A DNA stretch of 64,000 bases from Eledone cirrhosa (lineage: Eukaryota), in assembly GCA_964016885.1 (NCBI GenBank), contig OZ024741.1, positions 313,162,001 through 313,226,000 on the forward strand, read 5' to 3'. The position numbers and the translations under genes are program-made. The notes under the pieces are model-generated. The model did not search any database and was not told where the DNA came from. It saw only the letters and a program-made list of their open reading frames with translations. Shown here piece by piece: positions 43,871 through 56,069 of the stretch; the stretch's first letter is position 1; each line of letters starts with the position of its first letter.

Positions 43871-44432
43871 ATATATATATACACGCACGCGACCTTAGGC
43901 AGGTACATCGACTACGCCGGGACAGACTGACACGGATTCCACGGTTGTTCAGTCAAATACCCTACACATGTAAAGACAACACACCCCACCCACAGTAACG
44001 TACCCCAATATGACCGGGCTACGCGCCCCCATGAAGGTATACACCTTCAATCGTGAATACATACTCTCCAAGTGTTCCTCTTTGGAACATTTATTATTAT
44101 TGTTTGTTCCGTACACAGACCTAAGTTTGCATCTCATACTCCCCATATGTGGTATATCACATCAATACATGTACCTTCTTCCCCCCCCCTTTTTATATAT
44201 CTCTATGTGCAGTTATATGCATATTTTAATGTATTTTAATATATCGTAAATTTATTTTCTTGTTTTTATGTGTGTATATGCGTAGACCTGTGCGTATGTA
44301 TATGTATGTGCGTGTGTATGTATATATATATATATATATATGTATGTGTGAGTGGTTGTATATACATATACATATGTGCATGTGTGTGCATATGTGTGTG
44401 TGTATGCATGTAGACATATATATATATGTTTA

Positions 44433-44522
<90 letters not shown>

Positions 44523-44594
44523 AGTATGTGTGTGTGTGCATATATGTGTGTATATATATCTATATATATGTATGTGTACATATGTGTGTATATG

Positions 44595-44631
<37 letters not shown>

Positions 44632-44897
44632 ATGTATGTATGTGTGTGTGTGTATGTGTGTATATATGTGTGTATATATACACGTATATATATATGGTAC
44701 GTGAATGTATATGGATGCATCTATATGTTTATAATGTTTATATCCGTGCATGTGTAATACAAGTTACCTCTTTGAAGGTATGACGTTAAATGCATATTTA
44801 GTATGTTGTAGTTTTTTTATATAGATGTGTATGTCTCCATGTACGTTTATATGTGGGTGTGTATGTGTGCGTGTGTACAGATGTGTATGTATGTGTG

Positions 44898-44996
<99 letters not shown>

Positions 44997-45065
44997 ATAT
45001 ATATGTATGTGTATGTATGTTATGGGTATGTGTGTGTATATGTATACGTGTGTTATGTGTATGTA

Positions 45066-45105
<40 letters not shown>

Positions 45106-45133
45106 AAATAAGTGTATATATATATAAGTGTAT

Positions 45134-45293
<160 letters not shown>

Positions 45294-45596
45294 CTCTCTC
45301 TGCTCAATAGCCTTCGTTCGTGCTGGTACTATTCTCTAAGCGCTCATATATTCACCTAGCTTACGCTAAACAGAATAATTTGTGAAGCTTGTTTCTCCCC
45401 CACGGTATGCTATATTTTCTGTTGTTCTCCTGTCTCACTCGCTTTACGCGTTTTAATTGTCCTAATAACTTATTTTGGTTATTATTGCACCGAAGTGAGA
45501 TATATGATTTTTAATGCAGTGAAATATCTATGATCTTCGGCAAATCACTGATGAGGGACTTATTTTATTACATGTTACCATGTGCTACCTGCAGTA

Positions 45597-45640
<44 letters not shown>

Positions 45641-45972
45641 CACTTATTTATATATATATATACACTTATTTTTTATTTTTCTATTTTTCTATTTGCTTAC
45701 TATTTATTTATTTATATGTGTGTATGTATGCTTGCATGTATGTGTATGGACATGTGTATGGACATATGTGTATGGTTACATCGTTTATATGTGTGCATGT
45801 ATAACAGAATGCATCCTTCCATGGATGACCCTGTATGACCTTGTGTGAAGATTTATATGACTGTGAGTATATCACATTGGGGTATGGACAGAGATATATA
45901 CATGTGTGCGTGTATCTTCTTTGTCGATGTACGTGGAATCGAACGCGTATTTGTTGGAATGTATATGAGCCA

Positions 45973-46003
<31 letters not shown>

Positions 46004-46790
46004 TTCGAGTATGTGGGTGTGTGTGTGTATGTGTGTGTATGTGTGTGTATGTGCACCTACATAGGGCAGAGTTTCATTTGTATGTTTATGTGCGTGTACA
46101 TATACATATGTGTATATATATTTACACGTCTGTATGTATGTGTGTTTGTGCCTTTGGAAGTGTGTCTGTCCTTGTGCCTATCAATACGGATAGGCGTGCA
46201 TGTGTGTGGGTGTGTGTCTATATATATATGTCTGTGCATGTTTGTATATATGTGCAGATGTACGCGAACGTTGATATGTGTCCTTGTATGCATGTACGTG
46301 TGTGTGTGCGTGTGTGCGCGTGTGCGTGAGTGTGAGACCGGATGTATGGGGGTATATAGGCAGGCGCCAGTGTATGTGTGTGTTGGTGTGTATATGGTTG
46401 TGGGGGTGACTGGGGAGTATGTGTAAGAGAGGGAGTGCGTGTGTGTATATGTATATGGGTGTGTATGTCTACACATGTGTGCGTACATATGTGTATGCAT
46501 ATATATATGCGTGTGTGTATATGTGTATGTTTATTTATAAGTGTGTGTGTATGTGTGGGTATATATTTGTGAGTGTGAGCGGACATGTGAAATACCAAAC
46601 CTAGCATGAGTCCATTGAAGTGTCTCGGCCGGAGAGTAGCTGATGACCAGTGTGGAAGCAAATATTGACCACAATTTATGATGACGTAGAAAAACAACAG
46701 CCAATGGCAAGGCAAGAGTGGAAGATGTTTTTTTAACGTGTTTTTTTAAGCTAACACCCCAGTGAGAAAATTTGCTCCGAAAGCATTGCA

Positions 46791-46880
46791 TGTGTCTGAA
46801 GAACCCGCAGTTATTGAATCAGGCAGATCCATACAATAATCATTTCTCGAGCTATCTGCCGGCGAAACAATTGTAACACG
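46791..46880 (+). ncRNA. Hammerhead ribozyme motif with long stem II, probably a solo PLE pseudo-LTR
   Basis: tgtgt-CTGAAGA-...ggcagat...atctgcc..-GAAA-CAATTG-TA-acacg. The downstream 'aataaac..agtc.agatgcatcac' is shared with ~19133. Confidence 0.65.
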
Positions 46881-47044
46881 CAATAAACGGAGTCTAGATG
46901 CATCACATATTTTTTTTTTTTTATATTATATAACACTCTGCTCTGTAAAAACATAGAGTGCTCAACTGGCATACCGCCTATTGATGCACCCTAGCTACCA
47001 TTAAACACATATATATATATACATATATATACATATATATATGA

Positions 47045-48465
47045 TTGTTCAGGTGATGAAAGTGGCAGAAAGGATATCAGTGCAACTAATTAGAGAAAGG
47101 GTCAAATTAGATGAGATACAGTTTGGTATTGTGCCTGGGAAAAGTACAACAGATGCCCTCTTCTTAGTGAGACAACTACAAGAGAGGTTCTTAGAGAAGA
47201 ATGAGCCACTATAACTAACTTTTGTTGAGCTAGAGAAGGGATTTGATAGGGTACACCGATCTGTCATCTGGTGGTCCCTAAAGAAACTAGGTGTTGAGGA
47301 ATGGCTTGTGAGGACAGTGCAGACTTTGAACACAGGTGTTGTCAGTAAAGTGAGGGTAGGAATGGAGTTTAGTGAGGAATTCCAGATACAAGTGGGAGTA
47401 CATCAGCACCCTCTTGTTCGTTATAGTCCTCCAAGCCATAACAGACGAGTTTAAGACTGGCAGCCCATGGGAACTTCTCTATGCTGACGATCTGTTTTTA
47501 TAGCAGATTCAGTAGAGTAGCTAGAGAATAAATTCTGGCTATTGAAACAGCAGTTCGAATCAAGAGGCCTGAGAGTGAACATAGATAAAACAAATGTGTT
47601 GATGAGTAGAAAAGAGGACAACACTCTGATTCCGCCAGTGAAATGGCCATGTTCGATATACAGAAATGGAACTGGCATACATTCTGTAAAATGTAAACAA
47701 TGCAGATATTGGTTGCACAAGAGATGTACTCGGATAGCAGGCAAACTAACATGTAGAGAAAACTACGTGTACAGTAGCTTTACAGGGAATGTTGACAGTA
47801 GAAATCGCATTGATAGTCACATTTTTCAAATGCAGGTAGGTTCTATAGATGTGGTTGATAGCTTCCGGTACCTAGGTGATCAGATTAGCATAGAGGGGGG
47901 GGGGGGGGTCCGAGGCATAGTATCTAGAATAAGGACGTGTTGGTAGAAGATTAGGGAGCTGCTTCCTCTGCTGATGAAGAAGGATTTCAACCTGCGTACG
48001 AAAGGCTGGTTATATGATGCCTGTGTGAGGTGCGCGATGCTGCATGGTAGTGATATATGGTCAGCAACTGCAGAGGATATGCGACGGCTGGAGAGAAATG
48101 ACGCAAGAATGCTCCGTTGGATGAGCAATGTCAATGTACGTGAACGATCGAGCATGGATGTGTTGAGAGAGAAACTGTGTTTAAGAGGGATAGGTTGTAA
48201 TGTGTGGGAGAGAAGACTGCGCTGGTATGGACATGTGATGCGCATGGAGGATTAGCGCTGGGGAATGAAGTGCCAAGAAACCCCAGTAGAAGGAAGACGC
48301 AGTAGAGAAAGACCACGAACAGCATGGGCGGAGGTGGTGACAGCAGACATCAGATCGCTGAAACTCACGGAGGAGATGATGAAGGACCTTGACAAGTGGA
48401 GAGATGCAGTGCTAAATAGGACCGTCCAACCCCTGCAAGCAGGGACAAGCGGACGTAAAATGGTG
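47045..48465 (+). mobile_element. 5'-truncated decayed RTE-clade LINE
   Basis: QFGIVPGKSTTDALFLVRQLQE, FVELEKGFDRV, PWELLYADDL, KWPCSI...C..C..WLHKRC, LYDACVRCAMLHGS, RRLRWYGHV. Homologous to 56075-59500. Confidence 0.92.
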
Positions 48466-48631
48466 ATAATAATATATATATATAAGGAAGCATTGTCTTG
48501 ATAGCGTCCAGAGTCAGAAACCAGGATCGTGGAGATTTGCCCTCCCTTACCTCTGCTAGAATCGGCTAGATAGGTCTCTTTTAATTCATAGCGGAAGACA
48601 TTTAATTTTTATATTTTTATACATAAACATT

Positions 48632-48826
48632 TAGGGTGGGGGATTGGCAGTATTGGTAGAGGTTCGGACGCCATGCTTTGCAACAAAGAGTTAAGGCCTT
48701 TTATGGTCGGAGTTCAAATCCCACCGAGGTTAACTTTGCCTTTCATCCTTACTGGGTCGATAAAATAAAGTACCAGTAATACACTGGTATATTTACTGGC
48801 CTTGTGCCAACAGTAGAAACAATTAT
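48632..48826 (+). mobile_element. tRNA-derived SINE
   Basis: TGGCAGTATTGGTAG (A box), GGAGTTCAAATCCC (B box) and the same body as the 35787 copy. Confidence 0.88.
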
Positions 48827-48942
48827 TATACATAAACATAACGCATATTGCTAGATATCCAAACTGCACGTAATTATATCTGATATGTATAAATCTATAT
48901 TACAGACATCATTTTAATTTTCTCTCTTTCTTTTTGTCTCTC

Positions 48943-49007
<65 letters not shown>

Positions 49008-49052
49008 TTCTCTCTATCTCTCTCCCGTCTCTCTCTCTCTTCTCACTCTGTA

Positions 49053-49124
<72 letters not shown>

Positions 49125-49128
<4 letters not shown>

Positions 49129-50813
49129 TATGCATGTATACGTACATACATATATGTATACAGACGTACAGTAGCATGCACATATATATATATATATATA
49201 CATATATATATACATATGCATACAGGTACACATACATATATGCACGTATCAGTTTAGCGGCGCTTATTATAACGTCGCTTTGTTCGTTTGTAAACAAACT
49301 GAACAGCCTGAATTTATGCCATACGGTGTTAAGGCAACCACGTCACCTTTTTGTTCAACACTGACACAGGAACGATGTACTAGTTTCAAGCTTGTTAGCT
49401 ATCATCAGCACCGTTTACCCATCTGCCAGATAGTTGAACGTTCGAAAGTATATACTTTCCTTATGAAAATTAACGGCTGAGCAGCCTAATTTGCATATTG
49501 AGTGAGTTAAATCGGTCAGGCATACCGAAAACGATAAATTGAAACAAAATGAAAACGAAATTTCATTTCTCACTCTTAGTATGGCACTTACTTAAATGTA
49601 AGTATGCATGTATACGTACATACATATATGTATACAGACGTACAGTAGCATGCACATATATATATATATATATATACATATATATATACATATGCATACA
49701 GGTACACATACATATATGCACGTATCAGTTTAGCGGCGCTTATTATAACGTCGCTTTGTTCGTTTGTAAACAAACTGAACAGCCTGAATTTATGCCATAC
49801 GGTGTTAAGGCAACCACGTCACCTTTTTACATATATGTATGTGTACCTGTATGCATATGTATATATATATGTATATATATATATATATATGTGCATGCTA
49901 CTGTACGTCTGTATACATATATGTATGTACGTATACATGCATACTTACATTTAAGTAAGTGCCATACTAAGAGTGAGAAATGAAATTTCGTTTTCATTTT
50001 GTTTCAATTTATCGTTTTCGGTATGCCTGACCGATTTAACTCACTCAATATGCAAATTAGGCTGCTCAGCCGTTAATTTTCATAAGGAAAGTATATACTT
50101 TCGAACGTTCAACTATCTGGCAGATGGGTAAACGGTGCTAATGATAGCTAACAAGCTTGAAACTAGTACATCGTTCCTGTGTCAGTGTTGAACAAAAAGG
50201 TGACGTGGTTGCCTTAACACCGTATGGCATAAATTCAGGCTGTTCAGTTTGTTTACAAACGAACAAAGCGACGTTATAATAAGCGCCGCTAAACTGATAC
50301 GTGCATATATGTATGTGTACCTGTATGCATATGTATATATATATGTATATATATATATATATATGTGCATGCTACTGTACGTCTGTATACATATATGTAT
50401 GTACGTATACATGCATACTTACATTTAAGTAAGTGCCATACTAAGAGTGAGAAATGAAATTTCGTTTTCATTTTGTTTCAATTTATCGTTTTCGGTATGC
50501 CTGACCGATTTAATTCACTCAATATGCAAATTAGGCTGCTCAGCCGTTAATTTTCATAAGGAAAGTATATACTTTCGAACGTTCAACTATCTGGCAGATG
50601 GGTAAACGGTGCTGATGATAGCTAACAAGCTTGAAACTAGTACATCGTTCCTGTGTCAGTGTTGAACAAAAAGGTGACGTGGTTGCCTTAACACCGTATG
50701 GCATAAATTCAGGCTGTTCAGTTTGTTTACAAACGAACAAAGCGACGTTATAATAAGCGCCGCTAAACTGATACGTGCATATATGTATGTGTACCTGTAT
50801 GCATATGTATATA

Positions 50814-50847
<34 letters not shown>

Positions 50848-51912
50848 CATGCTACTGTACGTCTGTATACATATATGTATGTACGTATACATGCATACTT
50901 ACATTTAAGTAAGTGCCATACTAAGAGTGAGAAATGAAATTTCGTTTTCATTTTGTTTCAATTTATCGTTTTCGGTATGCCTGACCGATTTAACTCACTC
51001 AATATGCAAATTAGGCTGCTCAGCCGTTAATTTTCATAAGGAAAGTATATACTTTCGAACGTTCAACTATCTGGCAGATGGGTAAACGGTGCTGATGATA
51101 GCTAACAAGCTTGAAACTAGTACATCGTTCCTGTGTCAGTGTTGAACAAAAAGGTGACGTGGTTGCCTTAACACCGTATGGCATAAATTCAGGCTGTTCA
51201 GTTTGTTTACAAACGAACAAAGCGACGTTATAATAAGCGCCGCTAAACTGATACGTGCATATATGTATGTGTACCTGTATGCATATGTATATATATATGT
51301 ATATATATATATATATATGTGCATGCTACTGTACGTCTGTATACATATATGTATGTACGCATACATGCATACTTACATTTAAGTAAGTGCCATACTAAGA
51401 GTGAGAAATGAAATTTCGTTTTCATTTTGTTTCAATTTATCGTTTTCGGTATGCCTGACCGATTTAACTCACTCAATATGCAAATTAGGCTGCTCAGCCG
51501 TTAATTTTCATAAGGAAAGTATATACTTTCGAACGTTCAACTATCTGGCAGATGGGTAAACGGTGCTGATGATAGCTAACAAGCTTGAAACTAGTACATC
51601 GTTCCTGTGTCAGTGTTGAACAAAAAGGTGACGTGGTTGCCTTAACACCGTATGGCATAAATTCAGGCTGTTCAGTTTGTTTACAAACGAACAAAGCGAC
51701 GTTATAATAAGCGCCGCTAAACTGATACGTGCATATATGTATGTGTACCTGTATGCATATGTATATATATATGTATATATATATATATATATGTGCATGC
51801 TACTGTACGTCTGTATACATATATGTATGTACGTATACATGCATACTTACATTTAAGTAAGTGCCATACTAAGAGTGAGAAATGAAATTTCGTTTTCATT
51901 TTGTTTCAATTT
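49125..51912. mobile_element. Candidate retrozyme family 1, insertion 2: ~1.5 antisense monomers (49125-49828) plus ~4.4 sense monomers (49829-51912)
   Basis: Periods of 474, 480 and 474 nt, differing mainly in internal (TA)n length. One hammerhead per monomer, no credible ORF, flanked by (TA)n. Confidence 0.92.
50605..50649 (+). ncRNA. Type I minimal hammerhead ribozyme (identical at 51085-51129 and 51559-51603; core mutant at 50131-50175; minus copy 49371-49415)
   Basis: aacggtg-CTGATGA-t-agct-aaca-agct-t-GAAA-CTAG-TA-catcgtt: 7-bp stem I, canonical core, CTAG palindrome. Predicted cleavage after GUA at 50642. Confidence 0.92.
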
Positions 51913-51922
51913 ATATATATAT

Positions 51923-51982
<60 letters not shown>

Positions 51983-52019
51983 ACACGTGAATACATTTAT
52001 ATATATATATTTATATATA

Positions 52020-52515
52020 TACCGTATATGCAGGTGTAAAGGATGATCAGATGCGTAGGTCGACCCATCAAATTGTGTGGTGTAATTCAGGTTTAGGCCT
52101 ATATACACCGGTTCAGACGACACCCCAAGTGTAATACATTGCCATCTCCCCAGCCATAGATATGCTTGCCGCAGTTTATTTGCACAAAATATAAAACATG
52201 GAAATAAATTCTAAATTGTTGTAAAACAAAAATGCATGTGAGGAAAGTACATTCTGTAAAATTTATTTTTCTGTTCGCAAAATTATTTAACTGAGATGTT
52301 TTATTTGTAAAGAACATGCTACCACACCGTGACCTAATACGTGGTAACTTTAAAAAGCTAAATATTCCTTCTCCTATCTGTATAAGCATTACATGGCGAT
52401 ATATTTTTATTTTCGGCCTGTTTTGTTTTGTGAGGCAATTAACGTAGATTTTCCGATAGTTTAGATAATTCAGTGAATCAGTATACCATTAATATTATAA
52501 CTATAATATTAATAC

Positions 52516-52522
<7 letters not shown>
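52020..52522 (+). repeat. Segment B of the tandem unit
   Basis: Begins taccgtatatgcaggtgtaaag. Confidence 0.8.
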
Positions 52523-52556
<34 letters not shown>

Positions 52557-52973
52557 ATATGTACGTATGAATGTGTATATATATGTGTGTATATATGAAT
52601 TTATATATATACAGTATATACTATATATAGAGAGAGAGATGTGTGTGTGTGTGTGTATGTTTATTTAAATGTAAGATACCGCATATACGTATCGTAGGAA
52701 CTGATATAATATGGTAAGATTTTGAAGGATTCTATATATTATTTTTCTTACATTATTGTTTGTTTCTTTCATAATGTTTTTAACATTACATTTAAATGAA
52801 CTAAAAGTCCATGTATATTTTTAGAGGGTCGATGTAATATTCAATAAATATTCAAGTTCATTTGTTTATCACAAGAACACTTTAATCTTAAAAATTGTTA
52901 TCAAATTGTATAATTGATATCTGTATCTGATTAATGATATCTTCAACATTATCATATATATTGATATTTTTAG

Positions 52974-53108
52974 AATGCCGAGTAGGACACTTTGGTTTTG
53001 CTTGCAATGGGACATGTCATTGTATCAACAATATTAACTGTGGCATGCTAACTGGAAAATGTTCAGATGGATGTTCTGAAGGATATATTGGTGACAATTG
53101 CCAAGAAG
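52974..53108 (+). CDS. Intact 135-bp phase 1-1 EGF-like exon
   Basis: atttttag|...CAA GAA G|gtatct. Translation ECRVGHFGFACNGTCHCINNINCGMLTGKCSDGCSEGYIGDNCQE retains all 8 Cys. Confidence 0.85.
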
Positions 53109-53534
53109 GTATCTCATAAAATGTTTACCTATTTACTACACACACACACATATATATATATATATATGTGTGTGTGTTTGTGTGTGTGTGTGTGTGAGTA
53201 TGTGTGTGTGTATGGGTGTGCGTGTGTGCATGTGTGAGCGTATGTGTTTGTGTGTGAGTTTGTGTTTGTGTGTTTGTGTGTTGTGTGTATTGGTGTATGT
53301 GTGTAAATATGATGTTTAATATAGAAATCGCTTCTACACGACTAGTATAGTTTCATCCAAAGAAAACACCAGCGAACGGCTTTCCCGATGATTACTTTTG
53401 AATGAAATAGTTCTAGTACTGTACACGTCATGTCTATATTAAACGTGATATTTACACCCTACAATTTTATTTTGTTACATCCGATTGAAACCGGGATTAA
53501 TATCAATATAAATAAATGTATATATATATATATA

Positions 53535-53738
53535 TAATGAAGGAAATGTGTAAGGTACCAGATGGACCATAACGTACCAAAGTACTCAATACTTAGGGTA
53601 GTAGAGTGGGTAATAGGAACGAGTAGGACCCCGACGGCTGAGCGCAAGCCGTTTCGACGGCTAATTCTGGACTAAAATGTTTTTAGTCCAGAATTAGCCG
53701 TCGAAACGGCTTGAGCTCAGCCGTCGGGGTCCTACTCG

Positions 53739-53741
<3 letters not shown>
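53535..53741 (-). mobile_element. Minimal fold-back insertion of the 13702-15967 PLE family (tail plus palindrome 53617-53741)
   Basis: Reverse complement of ~15826-15967 followed by its own ~60-bp inverted copy. (TA)n on both sides. Confidence 0.85.
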
Positions 53742-53810
<69 letters not shown>

Positions 53811-53842
53811 CATACATATATATATATATTATATATATGCAT

Positions 53843-53878
<36 letters not shown>

Positions 53879-53894
53879 GTATGTATTTATTGAG

Positions 53895-54340
53895 AAGCAT
53901 TTCGTCGTCAGGGAAGACTATTCTCAGCTAAGTATCCAGGCAAAGCGAGGACTCTGGAAACTTATATAAAAATAATTCAGTGGATAGAAAATAGCAAAGC
54001 GTGGACTGAATTCCTAGCCATTGAGAAAATCACTGCCTCTGCGTCGGTGGCAAATTCAAAAAGAATCAATCACGTGACATCGAGGTCAATCAGTGGAAAG
54101 TGGTTTGTTAATAAGACAGCGGCCTGCCTGCTACCATAGCAGCAGTCTTGGCCAATATTGCTCGACAATTAAGTTGGAGATAATTATAAAAAATTAATAT
54201 CTAGTAACATATATATACATACAGATGCATATCAATGCTAGCAAATATATAGGTTTTGTCTTAGTAACTTTGTGGTTCAATGCATGGGGTTGCAGAACAA
54301 TAATATGAGAGACGTAAAATAAGAAAATTATAAAATTAAC
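53895..54340 (-). repeat. Partial monomer of the ~522-nt hammerhead repeat family
   Basis: Aligns with 62160-62605 and 23265-23520. Confidence 0.8.
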
Positions 54341-54357
54341 TATATATATATACATGA

Positions 54358-54930
54358 ATGTATATATAGTGTATTTTGCAATACACTGTATGCTTAATTA
54401 AAAGCATTTCGAACACCCTATGCTATTGTTTTATAGCAGTGACAGTCTCACTTACTTTAAATGTTCAGCAAACAGGGGAGATAAATCTGACAGAGCTATC
54501 TTTCGTACTGATTGGTACTTATCAAAGCCAAGTACTCCGCCTGTTTGCCTAAAAATCGTGAATGTTTGATTCTTAGAGAATTTCTAGTAATAATCAGGAA
54601 CTGATTATACAGAGCGGTTTCCGGTCAAGCAGAAATTGAAAATTAGAATTGCCGCTTTGAAATAGCTATATATATAGTGTAATTTGCAATACACTGTATG
54701 CTTAATTAAAAGCATTTCGAAGACCTTATGCTATTGTTTTAGAGTAGTTCTGCTTGACCGGCAACCGCTCTGTATAATCAGTTCTTGATTATTACTAGAA
54801 ATTCTATAAGAATCAAACATTCATGATTTTCAGCAAACAGGTAGAGAACTTGACTTTGATAAGCATCAATCAGTAAGCTCTGTCAGCTTTATCTCCCCTT
54901 CATATATATATAGCTATTTCAGAGCGCCAA

Positions 54931-54937
<7 letters not shown>
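54358..54937. repeat. ~310-bp direct repeat followed by an inverted arm (54745-54900 vs 54475-54635)
   Basis: tatatatagtgta.tttgcaatacactgtatgcttaattaaaagcatttcgaa at ~54360 and ~54670, followed by a reverse-complement block. Confidence 0.75.
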
Positions 54938-54963
<26 letters not shown>

Positions 54964-55587
54964 CGGAGTTTATATAGGAGTTTTCTCGATTTCTAAACAT
55001 TTTCTAAAAAAATCTCTTAACACTTCTTTATGGGTTTTATAATCTTAATTTTATAGTCAGAATTTCGAAATGGTTTTATTATATACTTTTAATTAAGTAA
55101 TTTTCCGTAACCTTGGTATTTTTTCCTAAGTACGTAACATTTGATTTACAACTGGTAATACATTCTGGCTAAATAAATTTTTGTCAAGCCAATCTCATAA
55201 TAACTAATAAATGAACAAATCACTTTTCCAATCTAAAACATTATACAGTTAAATAATTTATCATCTATAAAATGACATATAATTTTAAATACATCTTTAA
55301 CGTAATATATCCTTATTTTGGAATTTAACACTATTTTTAATTTATCATTATCATTAATTTAGCATTTTTATCTTATCATATTTTTTAATATAAACATAAC
55401 AAAAAAATGTGTTTACGAGATATGGATTCATACCTTGATCAGCTTATTTCTTCACTCGTTTCCTCTTTAACTTTTTTCATCATTACTATGCATATGGTTT
55501 CTTTTCTTTCTCTCTCTCTCTTGTTTCTTCCTCTCTCTTTCTTTCTTCTCTCTTTTTCTTTCTCTTTGCCTTCTTTCTCTTTGTTCT

Positions 55588-55632
<45 letters not shown>

Positions 55633-55956
55633 ATCTCTCTCTTTTTCTCTCTCTCTCTTTCCTCTCTCTCTCTCTTCGTCCAACAGTAATATTTAAATAA
55701 ACCGTTATTTTTTTCAATTTTTTCGGACATTAATTTGCATACTCACACATAACTTTGAATCACCCTTAATACAAATTTTTCCACTATCCAGCGAACCTTC
55801 AACCGTCAAGGTTGGTCTTCAGCGGGTATGTTATGATTTATAAAACAAATTTTGTATTTTATCTGATGAAAGCGCACCAAAATTTGCCTTGGTTGCCCTT
55901 GAAATATATATAAAATAATTATGGTTTTATAAATATAGTTTCCATTTATTAATATA

Positions 55957-56012
<56 letters not shown>

Positions 56013-56035
56013 TATATATATATATATATATATAT

Positions 56036-56037
<2 letters not shown>

Positions 56038-56069
<32 letters not shown>

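Noticed and set aside
49125-51912. Repeated ORFs ([18 protein letters not shown]..., MKTKFHFSLL...) as a tandem gene family or CRISPR-like array
   Set aside because: The monomers are identical with no unique spacers. The ORFs run through variable (TA)n tracts that shift frame and have no recognisable domain. The ribozyme explains the unit better.
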